From the NCBI GenBank assembly GCA_963788095.1, contig CAWBFP010000034.1, forward strand, positions 25,540 to 89,539: 64,000 nucleotides of DNA, given 5' to 3'. The translations under genes and the position numbers were made by a program. The notes under the pieces were generated by a model that was not told the origin of the DNA, ran no database searches, and saw only the letters and a program-made list of their open reading frames with translations. Shown one piece after another: positions 39,621 through 53,914 of this stretch. Within the stretch, counting starts at the first letter, position 1. The number at the start of each line of letters is the position of its first letter. This stretch comes from an uncultured Alphaproteobacteria bacterium. GTDB lineage: Bacteria > Pseudomonadota > Alphaproteobacteria > Rhizobiales > Xanthobacteraceae.

Positions 39621-39793
39621 CGTCTCAGTTCTAAGTGCTCAACTCTTTGCTGTCATCATCCGCGAAAGCGGATGATCCAGTAACCACCGCATCTCGGATA
39701 CGGCCGCAGCGTCAGGGGCTACTGGATCCCCCGCTTTAGCGTCGCTTTAGCGGGGGATGACGCCGCATGGTTCTTCGCGCATCGGGGCCGCCG

Positions 39794-40384
39794 CTATGCC
39801 GCCGCGTCCAGTCCGAGCGCCTGCTCGCAGCGGCCGATCCATGCCCGCACCGCCGCGCGTGGCGCAAGGTCGAAGGCGCCCTCGTGCGCGAGCCTGGTGT
39901 AGGCAAGGAGCGCGATGTCCGCAATCGTCATTGTGGTTCCCACCAGCCACTCGCGTCCGGCCAGCAGCTTGTCCATCAGATCGAGCGCGGCCTCGCCCCG
40001 CTCGACGCGCGCCGGCTCGCGCGTCTCCGCCGGTCGTCCGAGATATTTCATATGGAAGCGGCAGACCGCGATATAGGGCTCGTGGCTGTACTGCTCCCAG
40101 AACAAGAGCTCGTCGACCTTGGCTTGCGCGAAGGGGTCCTGCGGCAACAGGGCGCTGTCGCGCGCCAGATACCGGATGATGGCGTTCGACTGGGCGAGCA
40201 CGCGGCGGTCGGCAAGCTCGATCGTCGGCACCTGTCCCTGCGGGTTGCGGGCGAGGAACGCGGCCGTGCGGCTCTCCCCCTTGGTGATGTCGACCGCCAC
40301 CCAGCGATACGGCAGACCGAGGTGGTCGGCCGTGTACTTCACCTTCAGGCAGTTTCCGGATGCGAGATCGCCGTAGATGATCAT
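39794..40384 (-). CDS. glutathione S-transferase family protein (196 aa) embedded between gltB and gltD
   Basis: GST N-terminal thioredoxin-like fold (MIIYGDLASGNCLKVKY..) and C-terminal helical domain; remainder of ORF 39794..41509 is a spurious read-through overlapping gltB. Confidence 0.8.
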   Translation of the reverse strand: MIIYGDLASGNCLKVKYTADHLGLPYRWVAVDITKGESRTAAFLARNPQGQVPTIELADRRVLAQSNAIIRYLARDSALLPQDPFAQAKVDELLFWEQYSHEPYIAVCRFHMKYLGRPAETREPARVERGEAALDLMDKLLAGREWLVGTTMTIADIALLAYTRLAHEGAFDLAPRAAVRAWIGRCEQALGLDAAA

Positions 40385-40578
40385 ACCCGTGCTTCTTGCT
40401 ATGAGGAGCAGTTGCGTTCCGCTGTCATCCCGGACGGCCCGAAGGGCCGATCCGGGATCCGCGTATCCCGGCCTGACCTTTGATCCGCAATCCCGCGGTG
40501 ACATGGATCGCGGCTCTCGCACTTTCGCGCTCGGCCGGGATGACAGTCGAGGTTGCCGATCGCGCGGAGGGCAGGTCG

Positions 40579-45294
<4,716 letters not shown>

Positions 45295-45726
45295 CGTCGT
45301 CCCCTTGCGGGCCGGCAACCGGCCCGGCGTATCCGCCTCGCCCGCGGTGCGTCGCACACCGCGGCCGCAAGGCCGATCAGTTGTCGGTAGCGGCTCTTTT
45401 GGTGCCGCCTGATCAGCGCCCGCTGGGGCACCTTGCCGCTTGAGCCATCCGCGGTGCCCGAACGCACCGCCTCCTGGCCTCATTCCACGCCGGCGCCGGG
45501 GGTACGGCCCATCTTCGGCGGCGGGCGGGGCTCACTTAAGTCAGTAATGCTGTCCTATCTGTACCCTGCCAAATTTTCGATGTCGAGACAAGGGTAGAAT
45601 GTTCCAAAGATACGCATTTCAGGGGAATTTTGATAGTCGCTGTCCGCAGGAGCGGCATTTCCGCAATGTTGTTTCGCGGGCTCGGTAGGGCGGGTGGCTG
45701 CCTTGGCTCAGGGCTCCCGACGGGCT

Positions 45727-45743
45727 GGCTTGGCAAACTTTGC
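45727..45743. promoter_or_regulatory. perfect 17-bp palindrome TTGGCAAACTTTGCCAA ~40 bp upstream of parD, followed by tatatgct -10-like element: candidate ParD operator
   Basis: Read directly in low-GC intergenic region between gltB (divergent) and parD. Confidence 0.5.
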
Positions 45744-45781
45744 CAAAAGAGCCTATATGCTGAGACGAATAGGGTGACAAA

Positions 45782-46063
45782 ATGCCGACCCGCAACATCA
45801 ACCTGACGCCCGAGCAGGATGCCTTCGTGAAGAAGGTGGTCGAAGCGGGTGAATATCAGAATGCCAGCGAAGCGGTGCGCGACGCTTTGCGTGTGCTGCA
45901 ACAGCGTCGGCAAGAAGACGCTCTGAAGCTGAAAGTGCTGCGCGCGCAGATCAAGACTGGCATCGACGAATTAGCACGAGGCGAGTTTGTTGAGATCGAA
46001 GACGCGGCGCTAGATGACCACCTCGACGCGTTAGCTACCCACCCTGGCGCGAACCTCCGCTGA
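45782..46063 (+). CDS. parD: ParD-family RHH antitoxin
   Basis: MPTRNINLTPEQDAFVKKVVEAGEYQNASEAVRDALRVLQQR typical ParD/COG3609 N-terminus. Confidence 0.7.
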   Translation: MPTRNINLTPEQDAFVKKVVEAGEYQNASEAVRDALRVLQQRRQEDALKLKVLRAQIKTGIDELARGEFVEIEDAALDDHLDALATHPGANLR

Positions 46064-46070
46064 TCGACTG

Positions 46071-46442
46071 ATGGCGCGCTACCGCCTGGCGCAATCCGCC
46101 CGGACGGACATCGCGCGCATTCTTGCGGTCAGCGCCGAGCAATGGAGCATCGAGAGCAGGCGTCGATACGCGGCGCTCCTGTCGGCAGCGATGCGGAAGG
46201 CGGCTGCCGATCCACAAGGTCCCCTCACGCGTGACCGATCTGAGATCTTCAGTGGCCTCCGCAGCCTTCATCTCCGGCACGCGCGTGGAAAAAACCCCGG
46301 GGCTAGAATCAGCAGGCCGGTCCATGTCCTGTACTACCGGACGGTCGAGCCGGACTTGATCGAGATCGTCCGCGTATTGCACGAACGGATGGAGCCGCGC
46401 CGAAACTTGCACCTCGAAGGGTTTGATGAAAGCGAGGATTGA
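46071..46442 (+). CDS. parE: ParE/RelE-family toxin
   Basis: 123 aa; ParE-like (RYRLAQSARTDIARIL.......IESRRRYAALL...). Confidence 0.65.
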   Translation: MARYRLAQSARTDIARILAVSAEQWSIESRRRYAALLSAAMRKAAADPQGPLTRDRSEIFSGLRSLHLRHARGKNPGARISRPVHVLYYRTVEPDLIEIVRVLHERMEPRRNLHLEGFDESED

Positions 46443-46516
46443 GATGGTCTCGCGGTGATCTTCGACTTTCAAGACGACGCTATCAACGGATCGGCATCGG
46501 TTGGCAGGGATACGGC

Positions 46517-47569
46517 ATGAACTTCGCGAGCGACAACACCGCCGGGATCGCGCCCGAAATCCTTGAGGCGATCGGGCGCGCCAACGAGGGCTTTGCCCTC
46601 GGTTACGGCAACGACGCCTGGACCGGGCGGGTCGAGGCGCGCATCGCCGAGGTATTCGGGCGCGAGGTCGCGGTGTTCCTGGTGCCGACCGGCACCGCCG
46701 CCAACGCGCTCGCGGTCGCTCATTTCTCACCCCCGTGGGGCGCGCTGCTCTGCCATGCCGAATCGCACGTTGCGGTCGACGAGTGCGGCGCCCCGGAGTT
46801 CTTCGGCGGCGGCCTCAAGCTCATGCCCCTGCCCGGCGAGGCCGGAAAGATTGCGCCTGAGACATTGACCGGCGCGTTGGCGCTCGGGCGCGGCGCGCCG
46901 CACAGCGTGACGCCGTCGGTGCTCTCCCTCACGCAAGCCACCGAGGTCGGCACGGTCTACACCGCCGCCGAAACGCGGACGCTCGCTGACATCGCACGTG
47001 CGCGCGGGCTCGCCGTGCACATGGACGGCGCGCGTCTCGGCAATGCGCTCGCGCGGCTCGGCCTGACGCCGGCGCAGGCGACCTGGCAGGCCGGCGTCGA
47101 CGTGCTCTCGTTCGGCGCCACCAAGGGCGGCGCGATGGCGGCGGAAGCGATCGTGTTCTTCGATCCGGCCCGCGCCGCCGGCATGGACTCGCGTCGCAAG
47201 CGCGGCGGACATCTCGTCTCCAAGCACCGGTTCGCGGCGGCTCAGTTCGAGGCCTACCTGCGCGACGACCTGTGGCTGCGCCTTGCGCGCCGCGCCAACG
47301 ATGCCGCCGACCGGTTGGCGGCGCGCCTTGCGGCCGTGCAAATTCATCCGGTGTGGCCGATCGAGGCCAACGAGGTGTTCGTCGCATTGCCCAAAGATGC
47401 GGACGCGCGGCTCAAAGCGGCGGGCGCGATGTATTACCCGTGGTCGACCGAGGGCCTTCCGCGCAATGCCGCCATCGGCCAGGACCGCGTGCTGGTGCGC
47501 CTGGTCACGTCATTCGCAACCACCGACGTCGAGATCGACCGCTTCGCCGCGCTTGCCGGCGCCGCGTAG
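46517..47569 (+). CDS. ltaE: low-specificity L-threonine aldolase (PLP-dependent)
   Basis: MNFASDNTAGIAPEILEAI..GYGND..; PLP lysine region (LSFGATKGG); 350 aa. Confidence 0.8.
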   Translation: MNFASDNTAGIAPEILEAIGRANEGFALGYGNDAWTGRVEARIAEVFGREVAVFLVPTGTAANALAVAHFSPPWGALLCHAESHVAVDECGAPEFFGGGLKLMPLPGEAGKIAPETLTGALALGRGAPHSVTPSVLSLTQATEVGTVYTAAETRTLADIARARGLAVHMDGARLGNALARLGLTPAQATWQAGVDVLSFGATKGGAMAAEAIVFFDPARAAGMDSRRKRGGHLVSKHRFAAAQFEAYLRDDLWLRLARRANDAADRLAARLAAVQIHPVWPIEANEVFVALPKDADARLKAAGAMYYPWSTEGLPRNAAIGQDRVLVRLVTSFATTDVEIDRFAALAGAA

Positions 47570-47700
47570 CAAGCCCGCGCTCCGCCCAGCGCGCGCCCAA
47601 GCTCCGCCTCAATCCGGCGCGCATACTTTGCGAACAACCGACCGGCGCCGCGAAGGCGTTGGCGAGGGGCGGCGAAAATCTGTTGGCAGGAGGACCTGTC

Positions 47701-48402
47701 ATGAACATCAAGGTCGCGGTCGTGACCCTGTTGCTCGGCCTCGGGGCGACCGAGGCGCTGGCGCAACCGGGCTGGTATCGTCCTTTCGCCGAGGTCTCGC
47801 CCTATGAAGTCATGCGGATCCTGCGCGCGCGTGGTCTCGTCCCGGTGTCGCGCCCGGCACTGGTCGGTCCGAATTACGTCGTGCAGGCAACCGACCGCAA
47901 CGGTGATTTGAAGCGGGTCGTGGTCGATGCGGCGTACGGCGACATCGTGCGCGTGATCTCGCTCAACCGCCCGCCGCCTCCGCCGGCGCCGCCCGCATGG
48001 GCGCGCCCGCCGCGGCCGCTCGAGCCGGATGTTGACGACGACGAGGTGGCGACCGTGCCGCCGGCTGCGATTCCCGCCAAGCCGCGCACCGCGGCGGTGA
48101 CGCCGCTGCCGCGACCACGGCCCGCGCCGGCGGCGCCGGGCCCGGTCGTGCCGAAACCCGATGCGTCCGAACAGCCGATGTCGACGCCCGATGAGCCCGC
48201 CGCCGAAACGCCGATGGCGGCCGAGCCTCCGCCCGTGACCGCTACCGCGCCGACGCCGCGCGTGGTGCTGCCGGGCGCGCCGGCCGCGCGACCGGAGAGC
48301 GCCGGCGAGTCCCGCGGGGTGACGTTGCCGACCCAGCCGCCCGCGCGCGGCGCCGAGCCGCCGGCGGCGCCCGCTTTGCCGCCGGTGCAGCCGCTCGACT
48401 GA
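47701..48402 (+). CDS. secreted hypothetical protein: N-terminal PepSY-like small domain + long Pro/Ala-rich C-terminal tail
   Basis: Signal peptide MNIKVAVVTLLLGLGATEALA; globular ~90 aa then PPPPPAPPAWARPPRP... low complexity. Confidence 0.5.
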   Translation: MNIKVAVVTLLLGLGATEALAQPGWYRPFAEVSPYEVMRILRARGLVPVSRPALVGPNYVVQATDRNGDLKRVVVDAAYGDIVRVISLNRPPPPPAPPAWARPPRPLEPDVDDDEVATVPPAAIPAKPRTAAVTPLPRPRPAPAAPGPVVPKPDASEQPMSTPDEPAAETPMAAEPPPVTATAPTPRVVLPGAPAARPESAGESRGVTLPTQPPARGAEPPAAPALPPVQPLD

Positions 48403-48482
48403 GTTCACCCGTTCCCTTCCCCAGCAACAAAAAAGCGCCCCGGAAATCCGGGGCGCTCCACTCTGGTTCTGGTCGCGGGGGG

Positions 48483-48950
48483 TTACGCGGCCTTCGACGG
48501 CTTGGCCTCGACAACCTTGGGCTTCGCCCCGCCGATCGGGATCTGGCGCGGCTTCATCGCCTCGGGGATCTCGCGCTCGAGGTCGACGTGCAAGAGCCCG
48601 TTCTCGAGGGATGCGCCCTTGACGAACACGTGGTCGGCGAGCTGGAAGCGCCGCTCGAACGCGCGCGCCGCGATGCCCTGGTAGAGCACCTCGCCGGCGT
48701 TCTCCTGCTTGACCTGCTTCTCGCCGCGGATCGCAAGGGTGTTTTCCTTGGTCTCGATCGCGAGCTCGTCGTCCTTGAAGCCGGCGACCGCAACCGTGAT
48801 GCGGTAGCTGTTTTCGCCGGTCCGCTCGATGTTGTAGGGCGGGTAGGTCGGCGTCGAGCCGTCAACGCCGCCGAGCTGGTCGAACAGGTTGAACAGCCGG
48901 TCGAAGCCGACGGTCGAACGATAGAGGGGAGCAAAATCGAACGTACGCAT
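48483..48950 (-). CDS. Hsp20/alpha-crystallin family small heat-shock protein
   Basis: alpha-crystallin domain (YRITVAVAGFKDDELAIETKENTLAIRGEK ... GLLHVDLER); start at MRTFDF. Confidence 0.85.
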   Translation of the reverse strand: MRTFDFAPLYRSTVGFDRLFNLFDQLGGVDGSTPTYPPYNIERTGENSYRITVAVAGFKDDELAIETKENTLAIRGEKQVKQENAGEVLYQGIAARAFERRFQLADHVFVKGASLENGLLHVDLEREIPEAMKPRQIPIGGAKPKVVEAKPSKAA

Positions 48951-49211
48951 GGCATATCCTCCTTGGTTGAGCGACATGCGGCGGTCCGCCCCGGAGGGCC
49001 GAACCTATGGAAAACGCAGCCGGAATTGGCCTGCGCGAGGTGGATTTAGGAAGCCGGCCGAAGCTGTCAAGGGGTGCGGAATCCAATCCGGGCGGTGGTC
49101 TTTTGCGCGGCGCAGCAACCCTCCCGTCGACCGGACCGCCGTTGCGACGATCGAGCGTGCAGACGGTCGTACCCTGCTATAAGGCGGCAACCCGCCATCC
49201 GATCGGCCCCC

Positions 49212-50186
49212 ATGGACCTCGTCGCGATACCTGAAAATCCAGTCCCGGACGGGGCGGTCGCCGGCCAGCTGACGACGCGCGACGGCGTCAAGCTGCGCTT
49301 CGCGCGCTGGCCGGCGGTGGCGGGCCGCAAGGGGACGGTCTGCGTGTTCCAGGGCCGTACCGAATTCATCGAGAAATACTTCGAGGTGGTCACCGATCTC
49401 CGCAACCGCGGCTTTGCGGTGGCGACGCTCGATTGGCGCGGGCAGGGCCTCTCCGATCGCGCGCTTGCCGACCCGCGCAAGGGCCATGTGCGCCGATTCT
49501 CCGACTATGTCCTGGACCTCGACGCGTTCGTGCGCCAGGTAGCGTTGCCGGATTGCCCGGCGCCGTATTTCGCGCTCGCCCATTCGATGGGCGGTGCCGT
49601 CCTGATGCGGGCGATCCACCATGGGCATCGCTGGTTCGAGCGCATCGTGTTCTCGGCGCCGATGCTCGCACTCACCGGCCGCGCGGCGCGCGCGATGCCG
49701 CGCCGAACCATCCGCATCGCGCGCCTGTTCGGGATGGGCCGCAGCTACGTACCCGGCGGCAGTGCAACCGCCGTCACGTCGCTGCCGTTCGAGGGCAACG
49801 TGCTCACCTCCGATCCCGTACGCTACAGCCGCGCCGCCAAGATCGTGGAAGCCGCGCCCGCGCTCAGCCTCGGTTCGCCGACGATCGCCTGGCTCGGTGC
49901 TGCCTACGCGCAGATAGCGGCGTTTGCAGACCCGGCCTATCCGCGCAGCCTCACCCAGGCGATGCTGATCGTCGGCGCCGGCCAGGACGCCGTCGTCTCG
50001 ACGCCCGCGATCGAGCAGTTCGCGATCCGGCTGCGCGCAGGCTCGCACGTCGTGGTGCCGGGCGCGCGCCACGAGCTGCTGATGGAGCACGATCACTACC
50101 GCCAACAGTTCTGGGCGGCATTCGACGCCTTCGTGCCGGGCTCGGGCGCGGCCGCAGCCGAGGCCGATGATCGATCGGATTGGTGA
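49212..50186 (+). CDS. alpha/beta hydrolase (lysophospholipase/monoacylglycerol lipase-like)
   Basis: Nucleophile elbow AHSMGG, HG oxyanion region, catalytic His near C-terminus (ARHELLME). Confidence 0.75.
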   Translation: MDLVAIPENPVPDGAVAGQLTTRDGVKLRFARWPAVAGRKGTVCVFQGRTEFIEKYFEVVTDLRNRGFAVATLDWRGQGLSDRALADPRKGHVRRFSDYVLDLDAFVRQVALPDCPAPYFALAHSMGGAVLMRAIHHGHRWFERIVFSAPMLALTGRAARAMPRRTIRIARLFGMGRSYVPGGSATAVTSLPFEGNVLTSDPVRYSRAAKIVEAAPALSLGSPTIAWLGAAYAQIAAFADPAYPRSLTQAMLIVGAGQDAVVSTPAIEQFAIRLRAGSHVVVPGARHELLMEHDHYRQQFWAAFDAFVPGSGAAAAEADDRSDW

Positions 50187-50350
50187 GGGCCGGCGGCGGC
50201 GCTCCTGAAAGCGTGGCCGAAACCGATCACGTCATCCCGGCCAAGCGAGCGACGCGAGCGCGAGCCGGGACCCACAACCCACAATCCGGCAGACAGGGAT
50301 ACATGGTCGCGGCTCTCGCTTCGCTCGGCCGGGACGGCCTGACCTCGGCG

Positions 50351-50974
50351 TCAGGCCGCGCGCTTCTCGCGTTCGGCCATCTCCTCGGCGATCGCGCGCG
50401 CGACCGACGGCCGCGCCAAGTGCGCCTTGTGATAGGCCGCGATGTTCGGCCAGCGGCGCAGATCGACCTTGAGGTAGCGGAACCAGTTGAGCATCGTCAC
50501 CAGGTAAGCGTCGGCGACCGTGAAGCTCTCGCCCACCAGCACCGGCCGCTCGCCGAGCCGGCGCGACAGGTAATCGAGCGTCGGCTCGAACTGCGCGCGG
50601 GCGGCCTCCTTGGCCTCGGCCGGCGCGGAATTGAAGGTCGGATAGAAAATCCGCTTGTGCACCTCGGTCGACAGATAGTTGAGGGTGTCGATCAAGAGGT
50701 AACGGTCGCGCGTGCCCCAAGCCGGCGCGAGCTTCGCCTCCGGCCGTTGGTCGGCGAGCCATTGCAACACCGACGGCCCCTCGTTGAGGATCTCGCCCGA
50801 GGGCAGCCGCAGCGCCGGCACGTAGCCGTTGGGGGCGATCTCGAGATAGTCGCGGCCGTCCTCGGTTTGCTTGGTCGCGGTGTTGACGTAATGGATGGTG
50901 ACGGGCAGCTCGGCCTCGACCGCCGCGATATGGGAGGCGAGCGAGCACGCCATGGGGGATGCATAGAGTTGCAT
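50351..50974 (-). CDS. glutathione S-transferase
   Basis: 207 aa; GST N- and C-terminal domains (MQLYASPMACSLASHIA..). Confidence 0.8.
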   Translation of the reverse strand: MQLYASPMACSLASHIAAVEAELPVTIHYVNTATKQTEDGRDYLEIAPNGYVPALRLPSGEILNEGPSVLQWLADQRPEAKLAPAWGTRDRYLLIDTLNYLSTEVHKRIFYPTFNSAPAEAKEAARAQFEPTLDYLSRRLGERPVLVGESFTVADAYLVTMLNWFRYLKVDLRRWPNIAAYHKAHLARPSVARAIAEEMAEREKRAA

Positions 50975-51027
50975 TTCGGGCTCTCCCTATTTTATGCGAT
51001 CCAGTACAGAAATGGCGTCAAAGCCGA

Positions 51028-51684
51028 ATGTCAACGAAAAATATGCGAACCGGTACAAAAATAGCGAGGAAAGCAGCTGCCCGGGCGACGGAACGTCGGC
51101 GCGGACGCCCGCGCGGGTTCGACCCCGACCAGGTGCTCGCCCGCGTGCGCCGCGTATTCATGGAGAAGGGCTTTTCCGGAGCCTCGCTCGACGACCTCGC
51201 GGCCGCGGCGGGCCTCAATCGGCCGAGCCTCTACGCCGCATTCGGCAACAAGGAGGAGCTTTATGTGCGCGCGTTGCGCCGTTACGCCGGTCGCAACATC
51301 GACGCGATGCAGGCGATCCTTTCGTGCCCTGGGACGATCGAGGCGCGCCTTGGCGAGGTTTATCGGGCCGCAGTCGATCTCTACACGGCACCGCCCAAGT
51401 CCACCGGCTGCATGATCATTGGCACCGCCACCGTCGAGGCGCCCAGCTCCCGAACGATCGCGGCGGCGGCGAGAGAGCTATTGGCCGAGATCGAGGCGCA
51501 ATTCGAGCAGGCGTTCGCGCGCGCGGTCGCGGCCGGCGAGCTCGCGGCTGATCCATCGCCTGCCACCCGGGCGCGGCTCGCAGGCGCCATGCTCGACACG
51601 CTGGCGGTACGCGCCCGCCTCGGCGCCAAGCCGACCGAGCTCAAGGCGTTCGCGCGCACCATGGTGCCGGTGATCTGCCGGTAG
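51028..51684 (+). CDS. TetR/AcrR family transcriptional regulator
   Basis: N-terminal HTH (RGRPRGFDPDQVLARVRRVFMEKGFSGASLDDLAAAAGLNRPSLYAAFGNKEELY); start may be the ATG at 51043. Confidence 0.75.
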   Translation: MSTKNMRTGTKIARKAAARATERRRGRPRGFDPDQVLARVRRVFMEKGFSGASLDDLAAAAGLNRPSLYAAFGNKEELYVRALRRYAGRNIDAMQAILSCPGTIEARLGEVYRAAVDLYTAPPKSTGCMIIGTATVEAPSSRTIAAAARELLAEIEAQFEQAFARAVAAGELAADPSPATRARLAGAMLDTLAVRARLGAKPTELKAFARTMVPVICR

Positions 51685-51700
51685 CGGGCGCGCGACGCCC

Positions 51701-52915
51701 CTACGCGACCGTCACCATCGCGACCGTGCGGCGAGGGCTGTGCGGGTAAGCGGTTGTCGGGTAGCCCATGCGGAAGCAGAACGTGGGTAGCCATCCATTC
51801 AATGCAAAGCTATCGGCGAGGGCTGCGACGGTTGTGGCCGCCCGGCCGAGCTGCCGTTCGCGGCTGATCCGCTCCGGGATCTGGTTGATCGGCTGGCAGG
51901 CGAGGCCGACGAGCGTGGCAGCGAGGTGCATGCGCTGCCAGAGCCGGCCAACCTGCAGCGAGGTGAAGTCATCATAGAAAACGTCGGGCGCAACTGTGAT
52001 CATCCCGACATGATCGGCGGTCGCGAGCTGTGTGTCGCGGGTGGATTTGAACCAGCTGTCATGGGCGCCCTGTTCCGACACCGGCGGCCCCATCCGGGCG
52101 ACAGTCGAGAGCCACAGGGGCAAGCCTACGGTCTGCAGCGTGAGGCCGTCGCGACGGGCCACGATCTCGTCCTGGGCGTGGCGGTACCAGCGGGCGCTGG
52201 CATGGCTCATCTCGGGATCGGCGATGATCTCCTCGGTCGCCTTGAGCGTCAGCGCGGCGAACCGCTTCGCCTCCTGGCTGTCGCGTGGAAACAACAACAG
52301 CCGGCACGGCTCGTCGCGCTGCAATTCGCGTAACGCCGCGAGATCGCGGTCGGAGATACGTCGCCTGGTCTCGTAGGGGCCGCGGTTGGTCTGCCGCGTG
52401 ACGACCGCCGCGGCGAGCGGGTGGACGGTCGCTGCCGTCGAACTATAGGCGATACGGGCGGCGTGCGCCCGCTCACCAGGGCGCGGCATGAGCGTGATGG
52501 CAGCCGCCAGTCCGGCACCGGGCGCCGCGACCGTCATGTTCTCGAGCGCACAGCCGAGGCCGATGAACATCTCGCGCTCGAACGGGTCCATGGCCTCGAG
52601 CCGGCGTTCGAAGTCGGCCTCGAGCTCGATCGCGTTCTCGCTTATCCGAAACCGCCAGGGCTGGGTATTGTGCGGGCTCGCTGCCAAGATGGCGGCCGAG
52701 ACCAGCCGTAGTGGCCCCGCATGCGCGCCTGCTTCGAACGCGTCCCAGGCTTCGAGCGACGGGTCGGCGCCGATGAGGCCCTGACGATAAGCCCGGTACA
52801 GGCCGCCGCCTGCCGCGACCAGTGCCACGCCGGCGACGCCGTAACCGAGGCGTCGCAGCGCGCGGCGGCGCGAGACCGGCGTGGTGGAAAGCTCGCCGCT
52901 CATCGCGTCCTCCAC
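51701..52915 (-). CDS. Tat-exported nitroreductase-family (Acg-like) protein
   Basis: Twin-arginine signal SRRRALRRLGYGVAGVALVAAG; nitroreductase-fold motifs (NTQPWRF ... GCALENM). Confidence 0.55.
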   Translation of the reverse strand: MEDAMSGELSTTPVSRRRALRRLGYGVAGVALVAAGGGLYRAYRQGLIGADPSLEAWDAFEAGAHAGPLRLVSAAILAASPHNTQPWRFRISENAIELEADFERRLEAMDPFEREMFIGLGCALENMTVAAPGAGLAAAITLMPRPGERAHAARIAYSSTAATVHPLAAAVVTRQTNRGPYETRRRISDRDLAALRELQRDEPCRLLLFPRDSQEAKRFAALTLKATEEIIADPEMSHASARWYRHAQDEIVARRDGLTLQTVGLPLWLSTVARMGPPVSEQGAHDSWFKSTRDTQLATADHVGMITVAPDVFYDDFTSLQVGRLWQRMHLAATLVGLACQPINQIPERISRERQLGRAATTVAALADSFALNGWLPTFCFRMGYPTTAYPHSPRRTVAMVTVA

Positions 52916-53028
52916 GGCTGCTTCGGTCCTAAGATTGCCCGATGGTGGACGATGGCGATGCGCCTTTCAACGCGGCGCGGGCGACGAACGCAACGTGCGC
53001 GGAACTTGCGCGCTAGGATTGGCCAGCC

Positions 53029-53673
53029 ATGAAGCTGATCGCCCACCGCGGCTGGGCCGCAGGCCCGAACGAGAACACGCTCGAGGCGTTCGCGCGCGCG
53101 GCGCGGAATGCCGAGATCGCCGGCATCGAGTTCGACGTCAATCGCGCGCCGCAATCCGGCACGTTGGTGGTCTCGCACGACCCGCCGCGGCCAGGCCAAG
53201 CGTCACTCGGGCTCGACGCCGCGCTGGCGTTCCTCGCCGGCACCGACCTCGAGCTGTTGGTCGAGATCAAGCAGCCGGGGCTCGCATCCGAGGTCATTGC
53301 GGAACTGGTCGGACATGATCTCGCCGGCCGCGCACTCGTGTTCGGCTTCGAAAAGGCGGCGCGGTCGTTCCCGTGGCAGCGGCCGCGGCCGCTGCGCCTG
53401 GGCGTCATCGCCAGCTATCCCTGGGTGATCGACCGGATGGTGCGCGCCTATGCGCCCGACGCGCTGCTCACCGGTTGGGACGACCGCACCTGGACGCGCA
53501 TGGCGTTCCAGGGGTGGTGGTCGGCCTTCTCGCTCGCGCGGCTGGCGCGGCGCCACGGTCTGCCGGTGATCGTCGGCATCGTGCAGCGAAGGCAGGATCT
53601 CGACTGGCTCGCGCGCCAGCAGGTCGATGCGGCAGTCACCGACCTGGATCACGGGATCGTGGCCGACGGCTAG
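53029..53673 (+). CDS. glycerophosphodiester phosphodiesterase (GDPD) family protein
   Basis: MKLIAHRGWAAGPNENTLEAFARAARNAEIAGIEFDV.. canonical GDPD HR(G) and E/D metal ligands. Confidence 0.75.
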   Translation: MKLIAHRGWAAGPNENTLEAFARAARNAEIAGIEFDVNRAPQSGTLVVSHDPPRPGQASLGLDAALAFLAGTDLELLVEIKQPGLASEVIAELVGHDLAGRALVFGFEKAARSFPWQRPRPLRLGVIASYPWVIDRMVRAYAPDALLTGWDDRTWTRMAFQGWWSAFSLARLARRHGLPVIVGIVQRRQDLDWLARQQVDAAVTDLDHGIVADG

Positions 53674-53675
53674 CG

Positions 53676-53895
53676 CGATTGTCGCTTGCGTTGAGTCACC
53701 TCTCTCCGCCTGCGGGGAGAGGTCGGCGAGCGTAGCGAGCCGGGTGAGGGGCCTTGGTCGGGGACCGTGCCTGGCCGCAAGCCCCCTCACCCGGATCGTC
53801 TCGCTCGCGCTCGACGATCCGACCTCTCCCCGCAAGCGGGGAGAGGTGGCGCAGCGGCGCTCGCCGTGCATCAACACCACAGGGAAATATTGCAG
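53676..53895. repeat. composite palindromic repeat element (5' module attgtcgcttgcg..cacctctc(c/t)cc..ggggagagg; internal extra palindrome ccgggtgagggg..ccccctcacccgg; 3' module gacctctccccgcaagcggggagaggtggcgcagcggcgct..caccac.gggaaat)
   Basis: Shares 5' and 3' modules with the 85-bp element at 59393-59480; located immediately 3' of a + strand gene. Confidence 0.7.
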
Positions 53896-53914
53896 CGCGT
53901 TCCGCCCTGATAAC

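Noticed and set aside
45536-45913. 125-aa minus-strand ORF in the gltB/parD intergenic region
   Set aside because: It lies in an AT-rich promoter region overlapping parD on the opposite strand, with no RBS or motif. It is likely spurious.
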